DNA of 64,000 nt, taken from the NCBI GenBank assembly GCA_004431415.1, contig QPMI01000451.1, positions 62,001 through 126,000 of the forward strand. Direction: 5' to 3'. Below are positions 38,208 through 49,413 of the stretch, in pieces; position 1 is the stretch's first letter; each line of letters starts with the position of its first letter. Origin of the DNA: Cyanophora paradoxa CCMP329. Taxonomy: Eukaryota > Plantae > Glaucophyta. The notes beneath the pieces were generated by a model. It made no database searches. It was given only the letters and a program-made list of their open reading frames with translations, and had not been told where the DNA came from. The translations under genes and the position numbers were made by a program.

Positions 38208-40765
38208 ATGCCGATGCGACGTCCACCCGAGCCTGCGCCGCCCGGCCAGCCTGCTGCGCAGCCTGAAGCCGTTCAGCCTGAACCAGTAACAGCTCCAGAA
38301 CCTGAGCTGGCACCGGTGCTGGAGCCAGTAGCCGTGCCCGCAGCCATAGAGCCCGTGCCGGACCTAAGCCCGACGCATGCGCACCCCGAGCCCGTGCCAG
38401 CGCCGGCATACGAGCCAGAGTTGCAGAAATTATTCGTGGAGGCTCCGGACTATGGAGATGCGCCGCCTGCAGTAGTCGTCTCGAAGGAACCCGTGAGACA
38501 CTGGCGGGACTCCGATGGCGGCGAGGAGGGCTCATCGCGGGGAGGGGAGACGGCCGCGCGGTCGGTGGATGAAGATATAGCGGCGGAAGCGGCGAAGCAG
38601 CAGCTCCCAGGCCACCAGTTCTTCACGCTGGGCGGCGGGGCGGCGGCTGTCGAGTTCCGCGTCGCCCAGTCGGACACCGGCCTCGAGCCGAGCCCCGCCC
38701 CCGCGCCGGTCGAGCCAGCCGCGCCGCCTGCGCCCCTCGCGCTCGCCGTCTCGGACTTCAACCGGGGCTCGGGGGGCGTCCTCAGCGGCGTGCCCGACGA
38801 AGTGCCGCCCCTCCCCTCCTACGCCGACCTTCCGGAGCAGGAGGACCCGGGCACCCCGGGGCCGCCTGCCGCTCTCACGCCAGAGCAAATGCGGCCCGAA
38901 GCGCCGCCGCCTCCTCCGGCGGCGGTGGCGTTGGAGGACGTGGGGGCGACCGGAGAGGGGGATGGAGCCGGCGAGGTGGTGGGGTTGCTCGGGGCGGGGG
39001 CGGGGGGCGGGGGGTGCCGGCGGTGCTGGAGGTGGCGGTGGGGGGCGGGGCGGGGGCGGCGGGCGAGGAGTGGGTGCTCATGGGCGCCGAGCCCGAGACG
39101 GAGCTCTACGAGGGCCCCCCCGAGCTCGAGGCCCCCGCCTTCCAGTCCCCGCCCGCCGTCTCCGCCTCCCTGCCCCCGTCCCCCTCCCCGTCCCCGACGC
39201 CCAGTCCGCCCGCCCCCGCCCCCGCCCCGACCCCGCTCACGCCGGCGCAGGCGAGCCGGAGCACGGGCGCGGCATCCTCCGGCCCGACGCGTGGACCCCC
39301 GACGCCGTGGTCGCTGCCCCCGCCCTCCCGCCCCTCCCGCTCCCACCGCATGCGGCGGTACCGCCGGCGGCACTTGCGCGGCCGGTGGCGGCCGCGCCGG
39401 CGGTCTCGTCGCCTGCGGGGATCGAGTGGGCGAGCGAGCGCAGCCCCGACTACATCACGTGCGCCGGCCCCGCCCCGCGCCCCGCCCGTGGCCCTCAGCC
39501 GTCCCGCAGCTACAGCATCGGCGGCTCCGAGAGCGTCGCGCTGCCCCCCGCTCCCGCTCCGGCCCTCCCCGCCGCCGTCAGCGGGACGGCGGCGGACTGG
39601 CGGGGACCCCCCGCGCCTCGCGTCTACGCAGCGCCCTCAACTTACGGGCCCCCTACGCCGAGCGCTTCCGACCCGCACGCGCCCGCCCTCCACGCCCCCG
39701 CGACGCCCGCCCCCTATGCCGCCCCGGCGCCTTCTTCGCACGCTCCGTCGGCGTCCGGTCCACACGCCCCCGCCCCGCCCACTCCGGCGCCGACCCCCTT
39801 CCCTCCGCCGTCACCGAACACCCCTCCGACGCCCGCCCAGTGTTCCCCGCCTGCCCCCTCCTACCCTCCCCAAGCGCCCACCCACTTGGCTCCCTCGGCG
39901 GCCGCCTCCTACGGGCCACCTTCGCCCGCCCCTTCGGCCGCGGCTCCGCCTACCGCCCCCAAGCCCGCCGCACCCCCCGTCCATTCAGTAACGAAAGCGA
40001 TTGCCTCGGCAGCCGCCTATCACCCCCCCGAGCAAGCCGCCCTTTCGAGCGGCCTCGGCACCTCCATCCCGCCCTCCGCTTCCATGCATCCGCTCGCAGG
40101 GCCGCCTCCTTCGGCGCCGGCACCTCAGCTGCAGCCGCAGCAGCCTGCAACCGTGAGCTTTGGCGGCAGCGCTGCGCCGCCGGCGGCTCCTGCGGTCTCT
40201 CTGGAGCCGGCGGTTGTGGGCGGCGCGTTGGGCAGGGCGGCGGCGGCGCCGGCCCCGGAAGGGGGCGGCAGTGGGGGCATCACGCTGATGGTGAGCGACG
40301 ATCAGCGTGATGCCCACGGCTTCCAGCACCGCCCTCCCGCGCCAAGCGCTTTCGGCCCTCCGGGGGCGCGCCTCGCGCTGCTGGCGAAGGGCGCTGCGCT
40401 GGCGGGCGCGAGCGAGAGGGCGGAGAGCAGGCCGCCGGCGAGCGCGGCCGAGAAGGCGGCGGTGCCGGCGGCGCTGGCGGTGAGCGCGGGCGGGGCGGTC
40501 TTCGAGGAGGAGGAGCCGCGGGTGGTGGCGGCGGGGCCGCCCGGGGCCGATGGCCCGGACGCGGACGCGGAGCTCGAGGATCTTCTCTTCCGCGCACCAC
40601 GCGCCCTCACCGCCGCTGGCCCCGGCCCCGGCCCCGACGACGACGGCCCCGCCCTCGTGCCGCCCCCGCCCCGCCCCGCCCCCGCCCGATCTCACCGTCC
40701 CGCAGGATGGCGACGAGCCTTTCGCCGCCGAAGCCGCCCTCGACCACCCCCTCTGGCATTTCTGA
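38208..40765 (+). CDS. Pro/Ala/Glu-rich, probably disordered hypothetical protein
   Basis: Long open frames (MPMRRPPEPAPP...; GIEWASERSPDYIT...; DGDEPFAAEAALDHPLWHF*) joined by short introns or a homopolymer frameshift near 39000. Confidence 0.55.
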
Positions 40766-40869
40766 CACCCCCCGACCCCGCCCCCCACCGCCCCTTTTCG
40801 CATCGTAATAATATGCCGGCAAAGAAACTGTGCAGGGAGTATGATACAGCCTGCAGGCTGGAGCCTAAC

Positions 40870-41735
40870 TTAAAGCTTCCGCTTCGTAGAGGTCTTCAGA
40901 ACCTGAGCGGAAGTTAAACTTGGCGCTGGCGGAGAGAGGCTGCGTGCCAGGAAGCAGGTCCAGAAGAGGGAGACGATGTTGCAGAAAAGAACGCGAAGCT
41001 GCACCGGGACATACTTGTAGTTGATCAAGTTGGCGAGCGGCCAGACGCGCCAATTCGCCTGAACGATAAAATCAGAGGCCGCATATGCGGCCGGGGTAAG
41101 AGAGACCGCAGGGGGGCGGGGTGGGCGTCATCACCTTGAGCACGGAGAGGAGAGTGCGCTTCAGCACCACGCCGGTCTCCCAAACACCACGTTTCTCGAT
41201 CCACGACATGCAGACGATGAACGCTGCGCACACGTGAGCGGCAGATGCGGTACTTTGCGCTGCTCCTGGTGCTGCACCAGCGTTCACTGCATTTCAGATA
41301 GAAAGCTTAGCACTTCAGCGAGCCGCAAGCTTAAGAGAACTCGAGCGCGCACTGAAAGGAGCGAAGACCGTCTGATCCACGATAACCTTCTCCAAAGCCA
41401 GCGTCTTCGACCTCCGGCCGCGGAAGAGACGTTCGATGATCTGTGCTCATGTCAGGGGCCGCGCGCGCCCGCGCCGCAGAGCCAACCTGCTGCCAGAAGT
41501 GCCCCGCAGGCCCGCTCACAACGAAGCCGAAGAGGAAGAGCTTCAGCGTGCGGTGGAGAACGTACGCCCGCTTTCCAGCGAGAGTCTGTGCGAGGGCATC
41601 CGAAAGCGCCGCGATGGATGCGCTTGTCACGGCTTTTGTCGCTAGCGGGCGGCGCTGCAGCTGCCGCATGTACCACTGCGCGGCCGAGCGCAAGCTTTCT
41701 CCGGCGCTGCAAGGCGGCGGCGCACTTGTTGACAT
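40870..41735 (-). CDS. Mpv17/PMP22 family membrane protein, multi-exon
   Basis: WYMRQLQRRPLATKAVTS, GPAGHFW, KVIVDQTVFAP and NWRVWPLANLINYKYVPVQLRVLFCNIVSLFW. Confidence 0.92.
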
Positions 41736-41996
41736 CTACACGTTTACACGTTTTACAGGAGCCTAGCAGGAAGCGGAAAAAGACTAAAGCTATTGAAGAA
41801 GCGTCGGTGTTGATGCAAGACGGCAACACTTCCCTCTACGTATACCCGGGGGAAACCGGTACCCAAGCCCTCTCGCAGAGGCGAGATCTAGAGAGTCGCC
41901 GGGCACGTAGATAAGCTTTTAATAGCCTTTTATAGGCAGCGGAAATGCATTTCTAGGCAGCGAGACCACAAAAAAGCTGTGAAGCCGGTCGGCGCG

Positions 41997-44900
41997 ATGT
42001 CCGGTGAGCACGCGCGTGCATTCGAAAGCCGCAACGCGCTGGGCCGAACGCATTCGGCAGCAGGCGCGCAGAGTCGCGTCTCGCCGACGCACCCGGCCGC
42101 CGGCACCAGCCGAATCATCGTACGGCGTGAGATCGACGCGCCCGACGACCTGGACAAGGTATCTCCGCGCCCCGCTCGCTCGACGAGCCCAGCAGGCCGG
42201 CGCTGACCCCCGCGCAGGAATGGAGCGAGCAGCACAGGATCTTCAGCGAGCTCATATCGAGCTGCAGCGGCGAGACGGAGATAGTCTCCGTCCTGCAGGA
42301 GAGGGTGCGAGCGCCACCCCGCCCAGCCTCGGCCCGCCGGGGCTGCGACCCGGGGGCAGGTGGCGGAGAGCCCGGAGCGGCATAGGGAGGTGACGATGGC
42401 GCTGTTGTACGGGATGATCGCGGATGCAGCGCAAGCCCCCGCGGTGCTCGGCGGCGGCGGCGGCGCGCCTGCGGCGGCCCCCCGCCTGAGACCCGCGCAG
42501 TTGCTGCGGTACCTGACGCTGGCGGTGCGGGACGGGTACCAAGCGTGCATCGGGCAGCTGCACCGGGTGATCCTGGAGAAGCTGCCGCGGCTGACGGAGG
42601 GTGCGAGGGCCCAGGTCCTCTGGCTGGCCCGCCAGCTCGTCGCCCTCGACGTCCCCGACATCGAGTCCGTCCTCGCCTCCCTCTGCCGCCAGGCCCGCCC
42701 CCCGGCCCCCCGGCCCCGCCCCCGCCGCCCCCGAGGCCGCCGCAGGTCGCCGGCGGCAACGTCTCGGCCCCGAACGTCGCGCTCGCCTCGGGCCTCCTCA
42801 GCCTTCTCTCCGAGCACCGCGCCTGGCTCGCCGCCCACCCCAAGCTCGTCCCCATGGCCCGCCCCCGCCCGCCCCCGCCGGCGCCGCGGCCGGCGACGGG
42901 GCGGCAGGTGTTCTACACGTTCGCGCGGGTGGCGGCGGACCACAGCGGGAGCGCGCGCCTGCTGGAGCTGCGGCAACGGGAGGCCATCTTCGCGCTGCAG
43001 CTGTGGCGGGAGCGCGCTGGCGACTGCGCTGTCATCGGGCGGGACCTCGTGCGCGTCCTCCAGGACGTCGCCAAGGTCCCCGAGTTCGAGGAGGCGCCGG
43101 CCCCGCCCCCGCCCCGCCCCCCGCCGGCCCCGAGCGGCGCGCAGGTGTGGGCGTCGCTGCTGGGGGCGCCGGCGCCGGCCGGGGTGCAGCAGGCGGCGGT
43201 GCCGGAGCTGGAGGCGCTGCTGGCGACGCGGACGCCGCGCGCCTTCCTGCAGTCGCGCGTCACCCCCGACATGGAGGCCCACCTCCGCTTCCTCATGAGC
43301 CACGTCCGCTCCGGCCAGCAGAAGCGCTACCAGGTCCGCCCCCCGGCGCGCCCGGCGCGGGGCGGGGCGGGGCCGACGGGGCGCAGGCGTGGTTCGCGGG
43401 GCGGTACCTGGCGGGGCCGGAGTCGGACTCGCTGGTGCCGGACCTGGTGCGCTTCGTGTGCGGCGTCTTCCACCCGAGCAACGAGATGCTCGCCCGCAAC
43501 CTCGTCCCCCGCTACGCCCTCATCGGCTGGCTCCTCCGCGCCGTCCGCGTGCGCCCGCACCCTCGCCCCGCCCCGCCCCGCCCCGTCCCGCGCCGCCGCC
43601 GGCGCGGGGCGACGGGGCGCAGACGGCGCACGCGGCGGCGAACGTGAAGCTGGCGCTCTTCTTCGACTGGCTGCACTACGAGCCGGCGCGCGACAACCTC
43701 ATGAACCTCGAGCCCGGCCTCCTCCTCATGGTCCACTCCCTCCCCAAGTACTCCCCATCACGTGCGCCCGCCCCGCCCCGCCCCGCCCCGCCCCGGCGCG
43801 AGGGGGCGGCGGGCGGCAGGGCGGCGCTGCTCGAGTTCGTGGTGCTGGCGGTGGAGGCGTACGACCCGCCGCGCCGCGCCCGCATCGCCGCCTCCGTCAC
43901 CGCCTCCTTCCGCACCCTCACCTCCCGCGGCGTCCTCCCGTCCGCCCCCGCCCGCCCCCGCCGGGGCGCCCCTCACGGGGCGGCAGGGACCTGGCGCCGC
44001 TCGCCAACTGCGACGCCCTCGAGCTCCTCCTCCGCGACCGCCTACGCGCCCTCGCCCCCGGCATGTGCGGCTCCGACTCCGCCGCCCCCGACGCCGGCCC
44101 CGCCCCCGTGCGCCGCCCCGCCCCGCCCCCGCCGCCTGCCATGGCGCCGCCGACGAGCCCCGCAGCGGAGGGCGAGGGGAGGAGGGGAGGCCGCCCTCGC
44201 TGGCCTCCGGTGCGCGGGCCGGCGCTGGGCCGCGGGCCGGCGCTGACGGGTCGCAGCGGAGGGCGAGGACGACGAGGTCATGGGGATCGCCTGGGGGTTC
44301 CCGCCCCGCCCCGCCGCCCCTCGGCCCCCGCCCACCGGCGCCGGCAGGGGCGAGGGGAGCGGCTCGGGGCCGGCGAGGCGGGGCGCGTGGAGCCGGACAG
44401 CGTGCTCGGGGTGGCCCTCGCGCAGCTCGCCGACGCGACCGCCGCGCGCCAGGCGCGCCCCGCCCCGCCTGCGCGAGCGGGGCGGGGGGTGACGGGGCGC
44501 AGGGGCGGGGGGAGGCGTCGAGCGGGGGCCGCCTTGAGGCCGCCCTCGAGTCGGTCCTCGGCGCCTTCATCGCCCTGGCGCGCCGCCCGCACGCCCGCCC
44601 CGCCCCGCCCGCCCCCGAGCGCCCCCGCAGGAGGCCCCGCAGGCCACCGCGAGCGCCCCGAGGCCGCCGCTGCCGTCGCGCGCGCCCTCGCCGCCGCCGA
44701 GCCCCCGGCGCCCGCATCGAGCCCGGACCCGCCCCAGGGCCTCCACGCCGCCGTGCGCCCCGCCGCCCCGCCGCCGTCTCGGCGCCCCTGACGGCGGCCG
44801 CAGCTCTTCCGCCGCTGCGCCCTCTCGCAGCGCTGCATCCTCCTCCTCCGCCACCTCCAGGCCCGGCCCCCACTCCCCGGGGCCCCCTCTCGCCTCACGG

Positions 44901-46378
44901 GCGCCGGCGCAGGGCCTGGAGCCGGCGACGGGATACCGTTTCCTGCACCACCTCCTCGCCTCGAATCGCCTCCTCCCCGCGGAGCTGCTGCCGGGGGCCG
45001 GCGCGGCGGCTGGGGGCGGGCGGGGCGCGGGGCGGGCGCGGGCGGCGCTGCAGCCGTACGAGCACCTCGTCGAGTCGTTCGGGGAGCTCGCCCCCGCCGA
45101 CGCCCTCGCCCGCGACCTCGCCGTCCGCCCCCGCCCCGCCCCGGCCCCCCACCCCCCGAGCCGTCCGGCGGCAGGCGTGCGGGGAGGAGAGCGTGGCGGG
45201 GCGGTGGCGCTGGCAGCGGGGGCGCTGGAGCACCTGCCGGAGCTCGCCGTCGGCTCGGCGGCCGTGGCGCACCTGGTGGCGCACGGGCGGACCCCAGCAG
45301 GCCCTCCTCCTGGGCGCCCGCCTCGCCCTCGCCGAGCTCCGCCTCGCCGGGGGCGCCGAGGAGGCCGCCGCCCTCGCCGCCGCCGCCCTCGACTGGCCCG
45401 CCCCGCCCGCCCCGCCCCGCCCCGCCCGCCTGTTCTGCGGCTGAGGGGGCGCAGGGAGTCCGGGGCGCAGCGGGTGCTGTGGGAGCTGCTGGGGCGGAGT
45501 TCGGGGCGCGCCCCGCCGACGCCCTCTCCCTCGCCTCCGCCGCCCTCCGCCTCCCTGGCCTCTGCCCCTCCCGCGCGCCCCGCCCCGCCCCGCCCCCTCC
45601 CACCCGCTGAGGCGGCCGGCGCAGGGCACGGGGAGGCGCTCGCGGGTGCGGCGGCGCTGCTGCGGGGCCTCTCGGACGTGCCCCCGGCCGCCACTGACCT
45701 CCTCCTCCCCTCGCCCCGCCCCGGCCCCGCCGGCCGCCGCCGGCCCCGCCCCGCATCCCACCCTCGCCCGCCTCGCCGCCAGCATCCTCGCCTATTGGGC
45801 CTCGGCCCGCCCCGGCTACCTCCCTTCCCTCCTCCCGCCCGCCCCGCGGCGCCGAGCTCGGCCGCTGCCAAGGAGCTGCGCCAGCGCGCCGAGCGCGCCG
45901 CTCGCCTCCTCGCCGCCCTCGCGCGCCTCGCCCCGCCGGCCCCGGCCCCGCCTCCTCCCCGGCGCCCTCGTCGCCCCTCCCCGTGGGGGCGGCGCGGAGC
46001 GTGCTGGATCTGCCGGGTGCGCGCGGCGGGGCGGGGCGGGGCGGGGCGCGGGCTGAGGCGCGGGGCGCAGCGGGGGCGGCGCTGTACGCGCACGAGGAGG
46101 TCCGCCGCGCCATCACCCGCCTCGGCCTCGCCGGCGCCTTCGCCCCCGAGCCCGACCCCGGCCCCAAGCGCCCCGCAAGCGACCGCGACGAGCCCGGCGA
46201 GGGCAAGGGCGCCAAGCGCGCCGCCCAGGGGCCCGACGAGGGCGGCGAGGAGGTGCCCCCGCCCCCGCCACGGCCGCCCCCGACGCCGCGCTCACGGGCG
46301 GCGCAGGAGGGCGAGGCCGGCCCCGACGACGAGAGCCCCGGCAAGCGCCGCAGCAAGCGCCTGCGCAAGGGCTCCTAG
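41997..46378 (+). CDS. INTS3: Integrator complex subunit 3 (SOSS-A), multi-exon
   Basis: LCRQ|[35 protein letters not shown]|[19 protein letters not shown] and [11 protein letters not shown]...[10 protein letters not shown]. Confidence 0.93.
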
Positions 46379-46688
46379 CTATAGCCTCCTCCTCCACCCC
46401 GGCCCTTCCGCTCCACCATCCCCGATCCGCCACTTCGCAAGTTGGCCATGGCCCCCTCCCCGTCCCATCCCCTTCTTCTTCAATGAGTCTTGCGACAGAA
46501 TCAGAAATTCTCCAACAATGATCTGAGCGCTGCAGCCTCGCAGGGGGAGACAGCATACGGGGGCCGAAAAAACGCGCCCAAGAGAGACGGGACGGCGCAT
46601 ACAGTGACAGCTTCACTGGCTGGACGTCGACCGTGGCTGGACCGGACTCGGGACGGGTGCAAGCTAGCTGACGTCGCGTGTCGCAAAA

Positions 46689-47660
46689 TGCAATCTACCT
46701 GCGTGGCCTGCCTGCTTCTGGTGGCTGCCCTCGCCGTGCCCCGGGCCACTCCGCCGGGCCGGCGCCGGCCCAAGCGCCCTCTAGATCTCGGTGACAGAAG
46801 CTCACGGCCCGGCGGAGGATCGACGCCGCCGCAGGACTGGCTGGCAGCTGGCCGCGGCGGCGTGCGCGTGCTCGAACGGAAGAACGCAGCAGACGGCTCC
46901 AGCAATCGCGGCGGCGGCGACCGTCCCGCGGACCGCCGCTTTACGTGAGCCGTACGAGACGCCCGCCGGTTAAGGGGCTGACGCGGATGGCTCCAGCACG
47001 CGCTCGAAGACGCGCTCAACGCTGAACACAATGTCCCCATGGCCCTCCTACGGCGCAAGTGAGGCGAGCGGCTGCGCGGCTCGAGGAACCCGGTGCAACC
47101 CACCCAGACGAAGCGGAGCTCATCATTCTCCGGCATAGCTCCAGAAGTCCACTCCGGCAATTGAAAGTCGGTCCTGGCGATGCGCCCCTTTCCAGCCCGC
47201 GATACGCGGTCGAACATCCAGGAGATTTCGCACGCCGGAACGTTAGCGTCGCCAGTGATCTTGGTCGCCTGCGTAAGGCTGCCACACCGCTGCAGGAGCA
47301 ATAGCTCCTGCGCACGAGGGAGCTTAGTTTAGGGCGGCACGCAGCTCTAGCACGACTTGCCTCGCCGTGGCCGCCGTATTCCCCTCGGATGAGGACGGCT
47401 GGATCCGAGTCAACGCGAAGCGGCAAGCCGGCGTCGCAGCACGCCTGCCGGAGCCGCGCGCGCGCTGGGTTCGTCCCCAATGCAGCGCACGCCATCGACA
47501 GCGTTTCGTGCTGCGCCGCCATTCGCTGACTGCAATTGAACAAACACGGCCTGTGACACGCGTCTACGGGTACAGCACACACTACGGTATACGGCACGAC
47601 TTCGACGCTGTGAACAAAGGGCCGGGAGAGTCCTGGGGAACGGAGCCCCTCTATCCGGTA
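46689..47660 (+). pseudogene. Degraded gene-like segment with partial copies at 37350-37780 and 3857-3985
   Basis: Signal-peptide-like start MQSTCVACLLLVAALAVP followed by broken frames; duplicated elsewhere in the window. Confidence 0.35.
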
Positions 47661-47817
47661 TGGCCACCACGAACGGTATCGCTGCTAGATCCTCGCAAGA
47701 CCCCGACTTCGCTGTTCACATTCCGTACCCCCTTTAGGATCACCGGGTACTTCAAAACTTTACGGACCCACCACCCTTAACAACATTGCAATTGGCGTTC
47801 CCTTCGCGGCGTTCAGC

Positions 47818-49079
47818 ATGGCCGCGAGCGGCTCGAAAGGAATTGAGGCCGTCGTCCAGAAGTTGGAGAAGAGCGTCGATGACGGCGACTTCTACACGGC
47901 GCAACAGAGCTACAAGTCGTTGTACTTCCGGTTCGCGCCGCCCCCGCCGCGGTAGCTCCGCGCGTCGACCGCTGCGCAGGTACTGCGGGCAGAAGAAGTT
48001 CGACGACGCGCGGCAGCTGCTCATGTCCGGCGCGAGGCTGATGCAGAAGCACAAGCAGTTCCAGTGCGCGACGGAGCTCGCGACGCTGCTCGTCGAGCTC
48101 TTCCAGAAGGCGGATGTGAAAGTGGCGCCCGACTCCATCGGTGAGCGCGCGCCACCGCTCCAACGCCCCGGCCGCCTAAGAGCCGCCGTACAGACGCGCT
48201 GTTGAAGACCTTTGAGGGGTTCGGCGAGGACAACAGCAACGGGCCGGTGCAGTTTCTCAAGGCGGCTATCAAGTGCGCTCCCCCGGGTAGCTGCGCGCGA
48301 GCGACGGCCGCGAGCGCTCACGAGGCTACAGGTGGTCGGCGGGGGCGGGGGCGGGCAAATTCGGATCGCCGGAGTTGAACGCGGCGATGGGGCGGCACCT
48401 GTGGAAGCAGGGCGACTACGGCGGGGCGCAGCGGTACTTCGTGCGGGGCAACGACCCGCGCTCCCTTGCCCGCATGCTCCTCGAGTGGAGCGGCAAGGGC
48501 TACCCCGCGGAGGTTGACCTCTTCCTCGCCCGCGCCGTCCTCCAGTGCGCCGGGGCCTGGCGCCGCGCCCCACGCGCGCCGACGCGGGGCGCAGGCTGCT
48601 GTGCGTGCAGAACCTGCGGGACGCGAACGTGGTGTTCGACACGTTCCTGCGGACGGCGCCAGGCGGGCCGCCGCGGACGCCGCTGGTGAACTTCCTGCGC
48701 TTCCTGCTGGCGACCCTGGAGCGGGACGCGGCGCCGCTGCTCGCCGTCCTGCGCTCCAAGTACCGCCCCTCCATCGCCCGCGACCCCTCCTTCCCCAACG
48801 TCCGTCCCGCTCCCCGCCCCTCGCCACCCGCTCCCCGCGCGCGCAACCGGCGGGCGGGGCCGACGCGGCGGCGCAGTACCTCGACCACATAGCGAACAAG
48901 TTCTACAACGTCCCCATACCAACCTCCGGCCTGCAGGGTGCGCCACCTCACACCCCTCCCCCCCCCCCCCCCCCCCCCCTCCCCCGCTTCCCCGTCGCCG
49001 ACGCGGGGCAGGCATCATGGACATGCTCAACGGCTTCCTCGGCGGGGGCGACGACGACGCATCGCCCATGGCCCAATAG
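47818..49079 (+). CDS. GET4: Golgi-to-ER traffic protein 4, multi-exon
   Basis: KLEKSVDDGDFYTAQQSYKSLYFR|Y, AQRYFVRG, GYPAEVDLFLARAVLQ, TPLVNFLRFLL, YRPSIARDPSF and YLDHIANKFY. Confidence 0.93.
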
Positions 49080-49413
49080 CCCGCCCCGGCCCCGGGCGCT
49101 TAGATCGAGATCTTCCCGCCGGTCTGTGGGATCGAGCGTTTAGACCAGCGTCCACGTGCTCAGTCGACGTCGAGCGCGAGCACCGGCACCAGAACTAGCC
49201 CGCAAACACTGGACATGCGCCACGCACAACGCTGCCAGATAGTGCACGCTTCTGCACGCCTAGCAACGGCACTGCGGCAACTAGCACATGCACAGGCTGT
49301 TCGTCGTCGTCTCGACCGACTGGTCGCCGAGAGCGAGGGGGGTAGGGTGTGTTAGGTCGCAGGGTGCCGGCGCCTGGTCAACGTTCAGAGGCGCACGCTA
49401 AAGGGGCAGCGAC

